64,000 nucleotides of DNA from Myxococcota bacterium (GTDB lineage: Bacteria; Myxococcota_A; UBA796; SXON01), in the NCBI GenBank assembly GCA_040386535.1, contig JAZKFH010000009.1:181451-245450 (forward strand), read 5' to 3'. Under the pieces are notes generated by a model. That model worked only from the letters and a program-made list of their open reading frames with translations. It had not been told where the DNA came from and made no database searches. Position 1 is the stretch's first letter; each line of letters begins with the position of its first letter. Below, in pieces: positions 30,023 to 39,303 of the stretch. The position numbers and the translations under genes were made by a program.

Positions 30023-31305
30023 TGCTCACCCGTCGTCAGCTCGGCGCCCTCGGGCTGGGTGGCGCGCTCGGCGGCCTCCTCCGGCCCCGCCGTGGGCTCG
30101 CCGCGGCCCCGGTGACCGACCGCAAGTTCCTCTTCGTGTATTGCGTCGGCGGGTGGGATCCGACGGTCGTGTTCGCGCCCAAGGTGGGGCTCGACAGCAT
30201 CGACGTCGATCCGCTCGGCACCGCCTCCCACATCGGCGGGATCGATTTCCTGGACGCGGCGAGCCGCCCCGCGGTGCGGACGTTTCTCGACGCGTACGCC
30301 GACCGCACCTGCGTCCTGAACGGGTTCGAGGTGCGCTCCGTCACCCATGAGCGGTGCCGCCGCATCCTCCTCACCGGGTCGAGCGGGGCGGACGCGGACG
30401 ACTGGCCGTCGATCGTGGCGGGGAGCCCGTCGCGGAGCGAGGGCGGCTACCTCCTGCCGCACCTCGTGCTCTCCGGGCCGTCCTACACCTCCACGTTCGG
30501 GGACGCGGCGGTGCGCGTCGGATCGAGCGGCCAGCTGGGCCAGCTGCTCGACGCCACCGCGTTCGCGCGGGCCGACGTCCCCCTCGTCGGGCTGCCGGCC
30601 TCCGTGAACGAGCGCGTGGCGGCGCGGGTGCGTGCGCGCGTGGACACGATGGCGGTCGGCGCGGCCGCGGGCCGGGAGCGCGAGTTCCTCGACGCGTACG
30701 GGGCGGCGCTCGACCAGGCCGTGCGGGTCGACGCGATCGCGGGCGAGGTGGATCTCGTGCCTCGCGGCGCGAACGGCTGCGTGGATGTGTCGGACACGCT
30801 CGGCCCGGCGCTCGCCTGCCTGGAGCGTGGGTATTCGCGCTCCGCCATCGTGCAACACGGCGGCTTCTGCGACCTCGGCTGGGACTCCCACTCCGACATC
30901 GAGATGCAGGGCACCCATTTCGAGCTCTTGTTCCAGGACCTCGCGACGTTGATGGCGGAGCTCGACGCACGCACCGGCCCCGGCGGCGGGCGCCTCGCGG
31001 ACGAGGTCACCGTGGTGGTGCTCTCCGAGATGGGCCGCACCCCGAAGCTCAACGGCGCCGGCGGCAAGGACCACTGGACCTACACCTCCGCGATGTTGAT
31101 CGGGGCCGGCGTGGCCGGCGGACGCGTGATCGGCGGGTACGACGACGTGTTCGTGGGGGAGCCGGTCGATCTCGCGTCGGGAGAGCTCGACGCCGACGGC
31201 ACCCCGCTCACTTCGGCGCACCTCGGCGCCACCCTGCTCGCCCTCGCGGACGTCGATCCCGCCGCGTTCACCACCGCGGAGCCGATCGGCGGCGCCCTCG
31301 GCTGA
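30022..31305 (+). CDS. Tat-exported DUF1501 family protein
   Basis: MLTRRQLGALG twin-arginine signal; GGWD, GWDSH, SEMGRTP, GKDHW, GGRVIG. Confidence 0.88.
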   Translation: MLTRRQLGALGLGGALGGLLRPRRGLAAAPVTDRKFLFVYCVGGWDPTVVFAPKVGLDSIDVDPLGTASHIGGIDFLDAASRPAVRTFLDAYADRTCVLNGFEVRSVTHERCRRILLTGSSGADADDWPSIVAGSPSRSEGGYLLPHLVLSGPSYTSTFGDAAVRVGSSGQLGQLLDATAFARADVPLVGLPASVNERVAARVRARVDTMAVGAAAGREREFLDAYGAALDQAVRVDAIAGEVDLVPRGANGCVDVSDTLGPALACLERGYSRSAIVQHGGFCDLGWDSHSDIEMQGTHFELLFQDLATLMAELDARTGPGGGRLADEVTVVVLSEMGRTPKLNGAGGKDHWTYTSAMLIGAGVAGGRVIGGYDDVFVGEPVDLASGELDADGTPLTSAHLGATLLALADVDPAAFTTAEPIGGALG

Positions 31306-31338
31306 GCCCGCAGACGGGGTGCCTATGTTCGGACAGGC

Positions 31339-32046
31339 ATGACCACGCTCCGCGCAGCGCTTCTCCCGATCCTCATCGGCGTCGCGGCATGTGGGGCCGT
31401 CACCGAACCGCTCGTCGCGGCGGCGGGCGGCGGCGGGCAGGGGGCCCAAGAGCCCGACGTCGCCGTGGTGGTGGAGCGCGTGCTCTCGGCGCCCGAGATG
31501 CGGGAGAGCATCGAGAGCCTCGCCCGGGCCCTGCTCGCCGGCGCGCACGACGAGCTCGGGCGGCCGGAGTGGGAGGCCCTCCTGCGTGAGCGCAGCGCCG
31601 ATCTCGTGGAGGGGATGGCCCCGGCGCTCGCCCGCGGCCTCGAGACGGACATCGGGCCGGCGCTCCGCCGAGAGCTCGCGCGGGGTGTCGAACGCGCCCT
31701 CGCCCAGCTCGCCGATCCGGGCACGCAGGCGCAGCTCGCCGACATCACCCGCGCGGTCACGACGGCCGTGATCGACACGCTGCTGCTCGATCCCAACGCC
31801 ACCGAACCGTCGCGTCCCGCGCTCCGGCGGGCCACCGAGCACGTCCTGCTCGGCGTGGGGGACGCCCTGCAAGGCGACCTCGGCACGGCGCTTCACGGGT
31901 TCCTTCGGACCGAGCGTCAGGCCATCGCCGAGGACACGAGGCGGTCGGGCCGGCCCCTGCGGTGGCTCCTGTACGGGCTCGTGGGGATCCTGCTCCCGAC
32001 GGTCGTCATCCAGGGGGTCCTCCTCCGGCGGGCACGGCGGCGGTGA
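31339..32046 (+). CDS. Hypothetical helical lipoprotein with C-terminal TM segment
   Basis: VAAC lipobox; amphipathic helices; hydrophobic tail followed by RRARRR. Confidence 0.65.
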   Translation: MTTLRAALLPILIGVAACGAVTEPLVAAAGGGGQGAQEPDVAVVVERVLSAPEMRESIESLARALLAGAHDELGRPEWEALLRERSADLVEGMAPALARGLETDIGPALRRELARGVERALAQLADPGTQAQLADITRAVTTAVIDTLLLDPNATEPSRPALRRATEHVLLGVGDALQGDLGTALHGFLRTERQAIAEDTRRSGRPLRWLLYGLVGILLPTVVIQGVLLRRARRR

Positions 32047-32049
32047 CGG

Positions 32050-32964
32050 TCACTGCTTGGACGGGCACGTCCGCTTGAGCCAGTCGGTCACGAACGCGCG
32101 GAAGGCGCGCACCTTGGGCGAGGGGAACCGCGTGCCCTGGGTGAGGAGGAAGAGCGGGGTCCCCACGTTGCCGTAGGTGGGGAGCACGCGTACGAGGCGG
32201 CCGGCGGCGACGTCGTCGGTGACGAGGAAGCTCGGCAGGGGCGCGACCCCGCCGGCGGCGAGCGCGGCGGCCCGCAGGAACGAGAAGTCCGACGCCAGGA
32301 TGTTCGCCCGCACTCGCACCGGCACCACGCTCCCCGTGTCGGGCTGGAGGTGGAGGACGCCGTGGGCGTTGGCCGAGCGGTGCAGCAGCAGGCGATGGTC
32401 GGCCAGCGCGTCGGGCGTGTCGATGTTGGCGGCCCCGGCGAGGTAGGCGGGCGCCGCGTAGAGCCCCACGGCGAGGTCGAGCAGCTTGTGGGCGACGAGC
32501 GAGGAGTCCGGCAGGCTCGCGGCGGCGCGGAACGCCACGTCGATCTGGTGGCCGTCGAAGTCCAGCACCTGCTCGGTCAGCACCATCTCGACTGAAACCG
32601 CGGGGTACGCAGCCACGAACGCCGTGATGATGGGCGCGAGCAGGGTGGCGCCCAGGTCGATGGGCGCGGTGACGCGCAGGTTTCCGCTCGGCGCGGCGCC
32701 GGTGTCGCGAAGCGCGGCGTCCGCGTCCTCCAGCAGCTCCAGCGCTTTTCCCGCGCGGGCCCGGTAGGCGGCGCCGTCCTCGGTGGGCTCCACGCGGCGC
32801 GGGCTCCGACGCAACAACATCACGCCGAGCGCCCGCTCCAATCGCGTGATTCGGCGGCTCACCGAGCCTTTTGTCTCTCCGAGCGTGTGCGCGGCGCTCG
32901 TGATCGAGCCCACGTCGGCCACGAGGCAGAACGCGCGGAGGTCGGCAAGGTCGTAGGTTTCCAT
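32050..32964 (-). CDS. LysR family transcriptional regulator (CrgA-like)
   Basis: GSITSAA..LG...GSVSRRITRLERALG HTH; GNLRVTAP; IDVAFR. Confidence 0.95.
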   Translation of the reverse strand: METYDLADLRAFCLVADVGSITSAAHTLGETKGSVSRRITRLERALGVMLLRRSPRRVEPTEDGAAYRARAGKALELLEDADAALRDTGAAPSGNLRVTAPIDLGATLLAPIITAFVAAYPAVSVEMVLTEQVLDFDGHQIDVAFRAAASLPDSSLVAHKLLDLAVGLYAAPAYLAGAANIDTPDALADHRLLLHRSANAHGVLHLQPDTGSVVPVRVRANILASDFSFLRAAALAAGGVAPLPSFLVTDDVAAGRLVRVLPTYGNVGTPLFLLTQGTRFPSPKVRAFRAFVTDWLKRTCPSKQ

Positions 32965-33000
32965 TCCGGCAACTCCGTGTCCCAATTCGGTGGGATTGTA
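32957..33000. promoter_or_regulatory. Putative LysR T-N11-A box plus lysR -10 element
   Basis: GTT-N11-AAC at 32957-32973 over the lysR start; TCCCA-N6-TGGGA at 32980-32995; TACAAT on minus strand at 32995-33000. Confidence 0.5.
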
Positions 33001-33091
33001 TCCGTCGGGAGCGCGACCTACCTTCTCGTTGTCGACGGGCCGCCGGCCCTTCCCCGACTGCAAGACCGTCACCCCCCCCGAGGAACACCCC

Positions 33092-33640
33092 ATGTCCACC
33101 GACTCCTGGAACTTCGACACCGTCCACTCCAGCATCACGTTCTCCATCCGCCACCTCGTCATCAGCAAGGTGCACGGCCGCTTCACGAAGTGGTCCGGCG
33201 GCTTCGCGCTCGACGCCGAGGGCAACGCGCCGGGCACCATCACCGCCGCGATCGAGGTGGCGAGCATCGACACGAACGAGGCGCAGCGTGACGCGCACCT
33301 CCGCTCGCCCGACTTCTTCGACACCGAGAAGTTCCCGACGATGTCGTTCGCGAGCACGAGCATCCGCCGCATCGACGACAGCGCGCTCGAGATCACGGGC
33401 CAGCTCACCATTCGCGACGTGTCGCGCGAGGTGACCCTCGCCGCCGACTTCGGCGGCCGCGTGACCGATCCCTGGGGCAACCAGCGCCTCGGCTACTCCG
33501 CCAAGACGACGATCAACCGCAAGGACTTCGGCCTTGGCTGGAACCAGGTCCTCGAGGCCGGCGGCGTGGTCGTCGGCGAGAAGGTCGAGATCGCCATCGA
33601 GGTCGAGCTCGTCCGGACCGCGGCGGCCGCTACCGCGTAG
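33092..33640 (+). CDS. YceI family polyisoprenoid-binding protein
   Basis: HSSITFSIRHL, SIDTNEAQRDAHLRSPDFFD, GQLTIR, DPWGN, INRKDFGLGWN. Confidence 0.95.
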   Translation: MSTDSWNFDTVHSSITFSIRHLVISKVHGRFTKWSGGFALDAEGNAPGTITAAIEVASIDTNEAQRDAHLRSPDFFDTEKFPTMSFASTSIRRIDDSALEITGQLTIRDVSREVTLAADFGGRVTDPWGNQRLGYSAKTTINRKDFGLGWNQVLEAGGVVVGEKVEIAIEVELVRTAAAATA

Positions 33641-33643
33641 GTC

Positions 33644-35593
33644 CTACGGGCACGACGCGTCGGACCACTCGTCGACGTTGTTGGTCTCCACACACTCGCT
33701 CACCGTGTCGTCGGAGTCGACCGCGGCCGAGAAGCCGTAGATGCCGACATCGTCGGGCGTGAGCTCGAACTCGATGCCCGCCAGCACCGTGCCGGCGGGG
33801 ATCGCGGGGAGGGGGTAGGTGGCGACCGGGCGCGGCCCGGACTTCTCCTCGGCGTAGAGCGTGAGGAGGGCCCCCTCGCTCACGTCGGCGCCGCCCTCGT
33901 TGCCGACCTGCACGCCCACCGCGATGGGCCCGAAATCGCAGTCCGCCACGCACACGTCCGTGATCGAGACGGTGAGATCGGGCGTGGAGGGATCGTCCGC
34001 CGCGACGCGCGCGCGGTACACGTTGTACTTGAGCCAGCTCGCCTCCGGCTCCTGCGGCACCGACCCGTCCGGGTTGATGTTGGTGATGGCGAAGTCGTGC
34101 ACGTTCCACGTGGTGCCCGCGGCCGGCCAGCCGTCGCCGTCGTGCTCGTAGGCGGTGATCGCGAACCCGGAGCCGTAGTGCGCGACCACGATCTCGGCGT
34201 GGCCGTCCGCGTCGATGTCGGCCACGGTCGGGTACTCGAAGATGGTCGGCGAGGCGTGGTTCGTGTCGGAGTACAGCTCGGCGCCGGTGCTCCCGTCGAA
34301 GATGGTGAAGCTCGACTGGTCGGCGAAGAGGATCTCGAGCGCGCCGTCATTGTTGAGGTCGTACCCGGAGCACCCGGCGAGGCCCGACGTGTCGTCCATC
34401 GGGACCGACCACATCTGCGTTCCATCGAGCTCGTACGCGACGAAGTTCTGGTAGGACGGCCACGCCACCTCGGCCTCGCCGTCCCCGTCGAAGTCGCCGG
34501 CGCACGGGGGGCCCGGCTGCGCGGGCGTGCCGTAGTTCACGCTGTAGATCTGCGTGCCGTCGTGATTCCAGAGCGTCCAGTTGGCGCCCACGAACCCGAT
34601 CTCGGCCTCGGGGTCGGAGTCGGCCTGGATGATGACCGGCCAGAAGCCGTAGGTGCCTACCTCGCCGGTGTCCCAGAGCAGGGTGCCGTCACTGTCGTAG
34701 AGCGCGCCTTCGAGCGCGATCTCCTGGTCGCCGTCGTTGTCCACGTCCGCGATGGCGGGGAGGCGGTAGTTGAAGCCGCCCGTGGTCACCAACATGTCGA
34801 ACGCGCTCGTCCCGTCCTCGCCGTTGAGCACCTTCTGGTCGTGGAGGATTTCGGGGTTCCCGTCCTCGTCCAGGTCCGCGACGTTGTGGATCATGTAGTT
34901 GAGGGACGAGAGCATGTCGTTCGCGGTCCACTTCAGCGTGCCGTCGCCCTCCAGGGCGATGGTCCGGCCGCTGCTGTCGGCGGAGACCACGTCGGGCGCG
35001 CCGTCGGAGTCGATGTCGGCGATGAGCGTGCCCGCGTAGCTGTTGCCCGGGTAGGTCCACTTGGCGACCCCGGTGGAGCCCTCGAGCGCGACGACGTAGT
35101 TGTCGGCGGTGAACACCACCTCGGGCGAGTCGTCCTCGTCGATGCGGCCGTCGCCGTTGTCGTCGTCCAGGTTGCCGATCACGGGCGTCATCCAGGAGTT
35201 CATGTGCCCGCGGTACGTCCACTGGGTGCGGACCGCCCAGGGGTTGACCACCTCGGCGCCGCCGCCGGAGGTCTCGCCCTGGCACTCGGCGTTGATGGCG
35301 ATCGGCCCCTCCGCGCCGAGCTCGAGCGCCGGGCACTCCGCGTCCAGGCAGTCCGCCCGGCCGTTCAGGTTGGCGTCGGGAAAACCCTCGTCGATGAGGC
35401 CGTCGCCGTCGTCGTCTGTGCCGTTGCACTCCTCGACCGCCGGCGGGTCGGTGTCGTCCGTGTCCGTCGGGACATCGTCCGTGTCTCCGGTGTCGAAGTC
35501 GGTGCGGTCCTTGTCCTTCGGGTTCAGCTCGCTCTGGATCGAACAACCGGCGACGACGAGGGCACAAAGGACGGAGAATGGCAGGACACGCAT
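33644..35593 (-). CDS. FG-GAP/VCBS-repeat lipoprotein with MopE-like metal-binding motif and C-terminal CARDB-like domain
   Basis: VAGC lipobox; ECNGTDDDGDGLIDEG; repeated ADIDxDGxxEI; VSECVETNN. Confidence 0.85.
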   Translation of the reverse strand: MRVLPFSVLCALVVAGCSIQSELNPKDKDRTDFDTGDTDDVPTDTDDTDPPAVEECNGTDDDGDGLIDEGFPDANLNGRADCLDAECPALELGAEGPIAINAECQGETSGGGAEVVNPWAVRTQWTYRGHMNSWMTPVIGNLDDDNGDGRIDEDDSPEVVFTADNYVVALEGSTGVAKWTYPGNSYAGTLIADIDSDGAPDVVSADSSGRTIALEGDGTLKWTANDMLSSLNYMIHNVADLDEDGNPEILHDQKVLNGEDGTSAFDMLVTTGGFNYRLPAIADVDNDGDQEIALEGALYDSDGTLLWDTGEVGTYGFWPVIIQADSDPEAEIGFVGANWTLWNHDGTQIYSVNYGTPAQPGPPCAGDFDGDGEAEVAWPSYQNFVAYELDGTQMWSVPMDDTSGLAGCSGYDLNNDGALEILFADQSSFTIFDGSTGAELYSDTNHASPTIFEYPTVADIDADGHAEIVVAHYGSGFAITAYEHDGDGWPAAGTTWNVHDFAITNINPDGSVPQEPEASWLKYNVYRARVAADDPSTPDLTVSITDVCVADCDFGPIAVGVQVGNEGGADVSEGALLTLYAEEKSGPRPVATYPLPAIPAGTVLAGIEFELTPDDVGIYGFSAAVDSDDTVSECVETNNVDEWSDASCP

Positions 35594-35657
35594 GAGGCTC
35601 CCGGGGCCCGCGGAGTGTACCTGCAGCGGCCCGGGATGCGACGGCAAAATGCGCGCC

Positions 35658-36230
35658 CTACCCGCCCCAGACGCGCATGATCGACACATCCATGAACGAG
35701 GCCTCCGCGACGGTCGCAGTGTGCCCGGCGTCGTCGTGCAGGACGAGGTCCATCACCTGCACGTCGAGGACCCCGTCGGCCCACTCCGAGGCGGGCACGT
35801 CCATGTGGAGGATCACGGTCCCCGACACGGCGGCCCATTGCTCGAAGACGGTGCGCGCGCTGAGCGCGTCCGTGCAGTAGTTGATCGCGACCGGATCGGC
35901 GATCTCCACCGACACATCCACGTCGTCCACACCCACGAACAGCGTCTCGGTGACCGGCTCGCCCGACGCCGTGACGGCGGCGAGGATCCCCGCTCGGTAC
36001 ACGCGCAGGCCCACGGTCCCGTCGCCGTCCCAGGCGTGCATGGTGGTGTCGGAGCAGCCGCCGGTCGTGTCGAGCATCGCCTCGAAGCCCGCCGGGAGGA
36101 GCGGCGCGGGGGTGTCGGTGTCCCCGGAGTCGCCCTCACCCGTGTCGGCCGCGGTGTCCTTCTCGTCCTCGGGCAGGGGGCAGCCGGTCGTGAGCATGAG
36201 CGCGAACAAGGCAGGGAGCAGTCGGATCAT
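35658..36230 (-). CDS. Hypothetical lipoprotein
   Basis: LTTGC lipobox followed by an Asp/Thr-rich linker. Confidence 0.7.
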   Translation of the reverse strand: MIRLLPALFALMLTTGCPLPEDEKDTAADTGEGDSGDTDTPAPLLPAGFEAMLDTTGGCSDTTMHAWDGDGTVGLRVYRAGILAAVTASGEPVTETLFVGVDDVDVSVEIADPVAINYCTDALSARTVFEQWAAVSGTVILHMDVPASEWADGVLDVQVMDLVLHDDAGHTATVAEASFMDVSIMRVWGG

Positions 36231-36232
36231 GC

Positions 36233-36270
36233 CCGGATGTATCACGGATGTGTCAGCGATGTATCACCGG
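36233..36270 (-). promoter_or_regulatory. Three phased TGA(T/C)ACATC direct repeats
   Basis: Minus strand ccggTGATACATCgcTGACACATCcgTGATACATCcgg, 11-bp period, ending 5 nt before an ATG. Confidence 0.55.
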
Positions 36271-36953
36271 TGGTCCGGGTGCCAGGCGAAGCCCAGCGCA
36301 GCGTGGAAGGCCTCCGCGCCGGTCCGCTCCGGCGTGTGGATCGCGCCCGCGAACTGGATGGGGCTGTACATCCACACCATCTCGGGGAACAGCTCGGCGC
36401 GCCCGAGGCGGATCGACCAGCCCACGCCCACCCCCACCGCGCCCGTCCAGAGCGGCTCCTGGCCGTACGAGCCCACGTACCAGCCGACCGCGCGGGGCCC
36501 GAACACGAGCTGGCTCTTGCCGACGTCGAAGCCGACGAGGAGCGGCACGGTGGCGCCGAGGACGGTCCACGGCTGGTTGCCGAGGGCGGGGCTGTGCCAG
36601 GACAACGAGAGCCCCGTGGCGAGGTGCGGGTCGCCCCGGAACCGCGCGCGGTGAAGCTGGAGCTTGGAGTCCGCCGCCACCCCGAACGTCGTGACCAGCC
36701 CCGGCCAGCCAAAGCCCCAGGCACGCGCGCCGACCTCCACCTTCTCGGTGACGCCGACATGCACGCCCGTCTCGAGCTGGACCCAGGGGATGGGCGACTC
36801 CTGCTCCTTCCGCACCCCGGCGCGGAGCACCGAGGTCTCGAGCCCACCGGACCAGCGGACGTCGCCGGGATCCAGCGTCGTGGCCCGCCCGAGGTCCATG
36901 GCGGCGGCGCACCCCTGGAGGATCAGGGCGCAGAGGACCAGGGCGCGCGTCAC
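36264..36953 (-). CDS. Hypothetical lipoprotein, possible outer-membrane beta-barrel
   Basis: LQGC lipobox; ATTLDPG motif; alternating hydrophobic beta strands; GTGA overlap with upstream gene. Confidence 0.6.
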   Translation of the reverse strand: MTRALVLCALILQGCAAAMDLGRATTLDPGDVRWSGGLETSVLRAGVRKEQESPIPWVQLETGVHVGVTEKVEVGARAWGFGWPGLVTTFGVAADSKLQLHRARFRGDPHLATGLSLSWHSPALGNQPWTVLGATVPLLVGFDVGKSQLVFGPRAVGWYVGSYGQEPLWTGAVGVGVGWSIRLGRAELFPEMVWMYSPIQFAGAIHTPERTGAEAFHAALGFAWHPDHR

Positions 36954-38248
36954 TGCTCCACGTCGGTGAAGCTGATGAACGCGGCGCACATGTCCTGATC
37001 GTTGTCGCCCCAGGCGATCTCCCGCGGCTCCTGGCCGTCCGGCTGGTTGGCCACCGAGTTGTCGAAGCGGCACTCGATGTACACCTCGTCCTCGGGCTCG
37101 AACCGGATCGGCGCGTCGAACCAGTAGGGCTGCTCCCACCCGAAGTCCCAGCGCGGGATCTCCAAGAGGCAGGTGGTCGAGCCGTCAGGCTTCACCGCCA
37201 CCACCCGCATGCGGCTCGCGTACCGGTGCATGTGGGGGGTGACCCCCTGCAGATCGACAGGCTGGCCTCCCGTGAACAACAACGGCTGGAAGCGGTACCA
37301 GAAGCCGACGTCCTCTTCCCCGGCGGGCACGCGCATCGCCTCGCCGACGAGCCACGCCGCGTTCCCGACGACGATGGAGCGCGCGTCCACCGCGGTGGTG
37401 TCGAGCCGGAAGTCGAGCGAGGTCTGGTCGGCGGGCGGATCGTCGCTCGACGCGCTGTAATGAATCTGGAGGAGGATGCGCGAGTCGGGCGACACGACGG
37501 AGCCGATCCCGCGCGGATAGTCGCCCCCGAGGAGGCTGCCGCCGAGGGGGGTTGCGGTCGGAAACTCGCCCATGCCGCCGCTGCAGTCGAAGCCCGCGCC
37601 GTCGTCTTCCGCGTCGCGCCGCTCGATGGCCGCCACGTCCGCTTCGCCCACGGAGGCGACGATCAGGTGGTGCACCACGTCCCGCGCGCCGGGCCGGGGC
37701 GCCATCCCGGTGATGCGCACCTCCTCCTCCACGGGCCAGTCGAGCAGGAAACACCGGTTCTCGTCGATCGTGCCGTCGGGCGGATCAGGGGTGTACGGCT
37801 CGGGCATCGTGAGGGTCAGGTCCACCCGCGACACCCCGCCGATTGGCGGCCGCGGCTCTCCAGCATCGGCCGGATCCCCCTCGGGCGCGCCGGCGTCGAT
37901 CCAGTCGATGAGCGTGGCGCGCTCGAGCTCGGTCAAGCCGAAGTCCTGGAACCAGGGGGTGCAACACTCGGCCGCCAACCACGGCGGCATGCGGCGATCG
38001 ATCACCGCGTCCCGCACGAGCGCCTGGGCAGAGGCGACCTGGGCGTAGGTCTCGAAGGTGAGCGGCGCGTGCGCGTCCGCGTCGTGACAGCCGAGACACT
38101 TCTGCTCGACGATGGGCGCGATGTCCGTCCACCACGTCGAGGCCGCGGACGTCGGCGCGGCCCCGGTGTCCTCGTCGGCGCACCACGGGGCGTCGAGGGG
38201 CTGGCCCTTGCAGGCGGCGAGGAGCAGCGGGACCAGGACCATGCGCAT
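36950..38248 (-). CDS. Copper type II monooxygenase-like lipoprotein with N-terminal heme c motif
   Basis: LAAC lipobox; CLGCH, RMPPW; VHHL, LQIHY, PHMH, WDFGWE, QDMC. Confidence 0.85.
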   Translation of the reverse strand: MRMVLVPLLLAACKGQPLDAPWCADEDTGAAPTSAASTWWTDIAPIVEQKCLGCHDADAHAPLTFETYAQVASAQALVRDAVIDRRMPPWLAAECCTPWFQDFGLTELERATLIDWIDAGAPEGDPADAGEPRPPIGGVSRVDLTLTMPEPYTPDPPDGTIDENRCFLLDWPVEEEVRITGMAPRPGARDVVHHLIVASVGEADVAAIERRDAEDDGAGFDCSGGMGEFPTATPLGGSLLGGDYPRGIGSVVSPDSRILLQIHYSASSDDPPADQTSLDFRLDTTAVDARSIVVGNAAWLVGEAMRVPAGEEDVGFWYRFQPLLFTGGQPVDLQGVTPHMHRYASRMRVVAVKPDGSTTCLLEIPRWDFGWEQPYWFDAPIRFEPEDEVYIECRFDNSVANQPDGQEPREIAWGDNDQDMCAAFISFTDVEQ

Positions 38249-38382
38249 GCGCGGATGGAACCACGAGCGCGCCGCGGGGGAAACCCTTTCCGGAGCCGCG
38301 CCGCGATCTCCATGCCGCCCGGAACACCGAAGTCGGGGCGCCGCCGCTTGTCGGCCGCCCGAGCACCCGGTACGTCCTCGGG

Positions 38383-39303
38383 ATGTCGTTGTTCTCCTCC
38401 ATCGACGGCGTGTGTGACGTCCGCATCGTCCGCGGCGCCGCAGCCGATCCCTCGCGTTTTCCCGATCTCGCCATCGAGCTGCCCCACGGCGCGACCCGCA
38501 CGGCCGACTACGATCGGGTGCGGGCGCAGCTCCAGGGCGCCTATGACGACGACCTGGTGGACTTCTTCCACGTGAACACGGACGTGGGCTCGCCCGAGCT
38601 CGCGGACGCGGTGGCCGCGGCGCTCGTGGCCGCGCACCCGACGCGCGCGGTGTGTGTCATCCAGAGCCGCATCCCGCGCACCTTCATCGACTGCAACCGC
38701 GTGATCGACGCGGCGCCCGAGGCGTTCCGCGAGGGAAAGGTCACGCCCGGCGTACCCCCGTGGATCCGCCATCCGTACGACCTCGAACGGCTCCGCGAGG
38801 CCCATGCCGCCTACGTCGGCGCGGCGCAGGCCATGATCGACGCCGTGTGTGGCGCGGGCGGGGTCGCCCTGATGCTGCACACCTACGCGCCCCGCTCCGT
38901 GGGCGTCGAGGTCGACGAGCACATCGTCGCCAGCCTGCATGCCGCCTACCGCCCCGAGACCGTCGAGACCTGGCCGCTCCGCCCCGTCGTCGACGTGATC
39001 GGGCGCTCGCTCGAAGGCGCGTCGATGGTCGACGAGGCGCTGCTCCACGACCTGTCCGCCGGCTACGGCGCCCTCGGCATCGAGGTCGCGGACGGCCGCA
39101 CCTACCCGCTCCACCCGAGCACCTGGGGCTTCCACCACGGAGCGCGCTGGCCCGGCCGCACGCTCTGCGTCGAGATCCGCCGCGATTTCGTGGCCGACCC
39201 GTGGGACCCTTTCGTCGAGATGGTCATCGCGCCCGACAAGACCGCGCGGATGGCGGGCCCCCTGGCGGCAGCGATCGGCGGCTGGATCGGGCGGGTGGCG
39301 TGA
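38383..39303 (+). CDS. N-formylglutamate amidohydrolase family protein
   Basis: ELPHG, NTDVG, SRIPRTFIDCNR, LHTY, VEIRRD. Confidence 0.8.
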   Translation: MSLFSSIDGVCDVRIVRGAAADPSRFPDLAIELPHGATRTADYDRVRAQLQGAYDDDLVDFFHVNTDVGSPELADAVAAALVAAHPTRAVCVIQSRIPRTFIDCNRVIDAAPEAFREGKVTPGVPPWIRHPYDLERLREAHAAYVGAAQAMIDAVCGAGGVALMLHTYAPRSVGVEVDEHIVASLHAAYRPETVETWPLRPVVDVIGRSLEGASMVDEALLHDLSAGYGALGIEVADGRTYPLHPSTWGFHHGARWPGRTLCVEIRRDFVADPWDPFVEMVIAPDKTARMAGPLAAAIGGWIGRVA

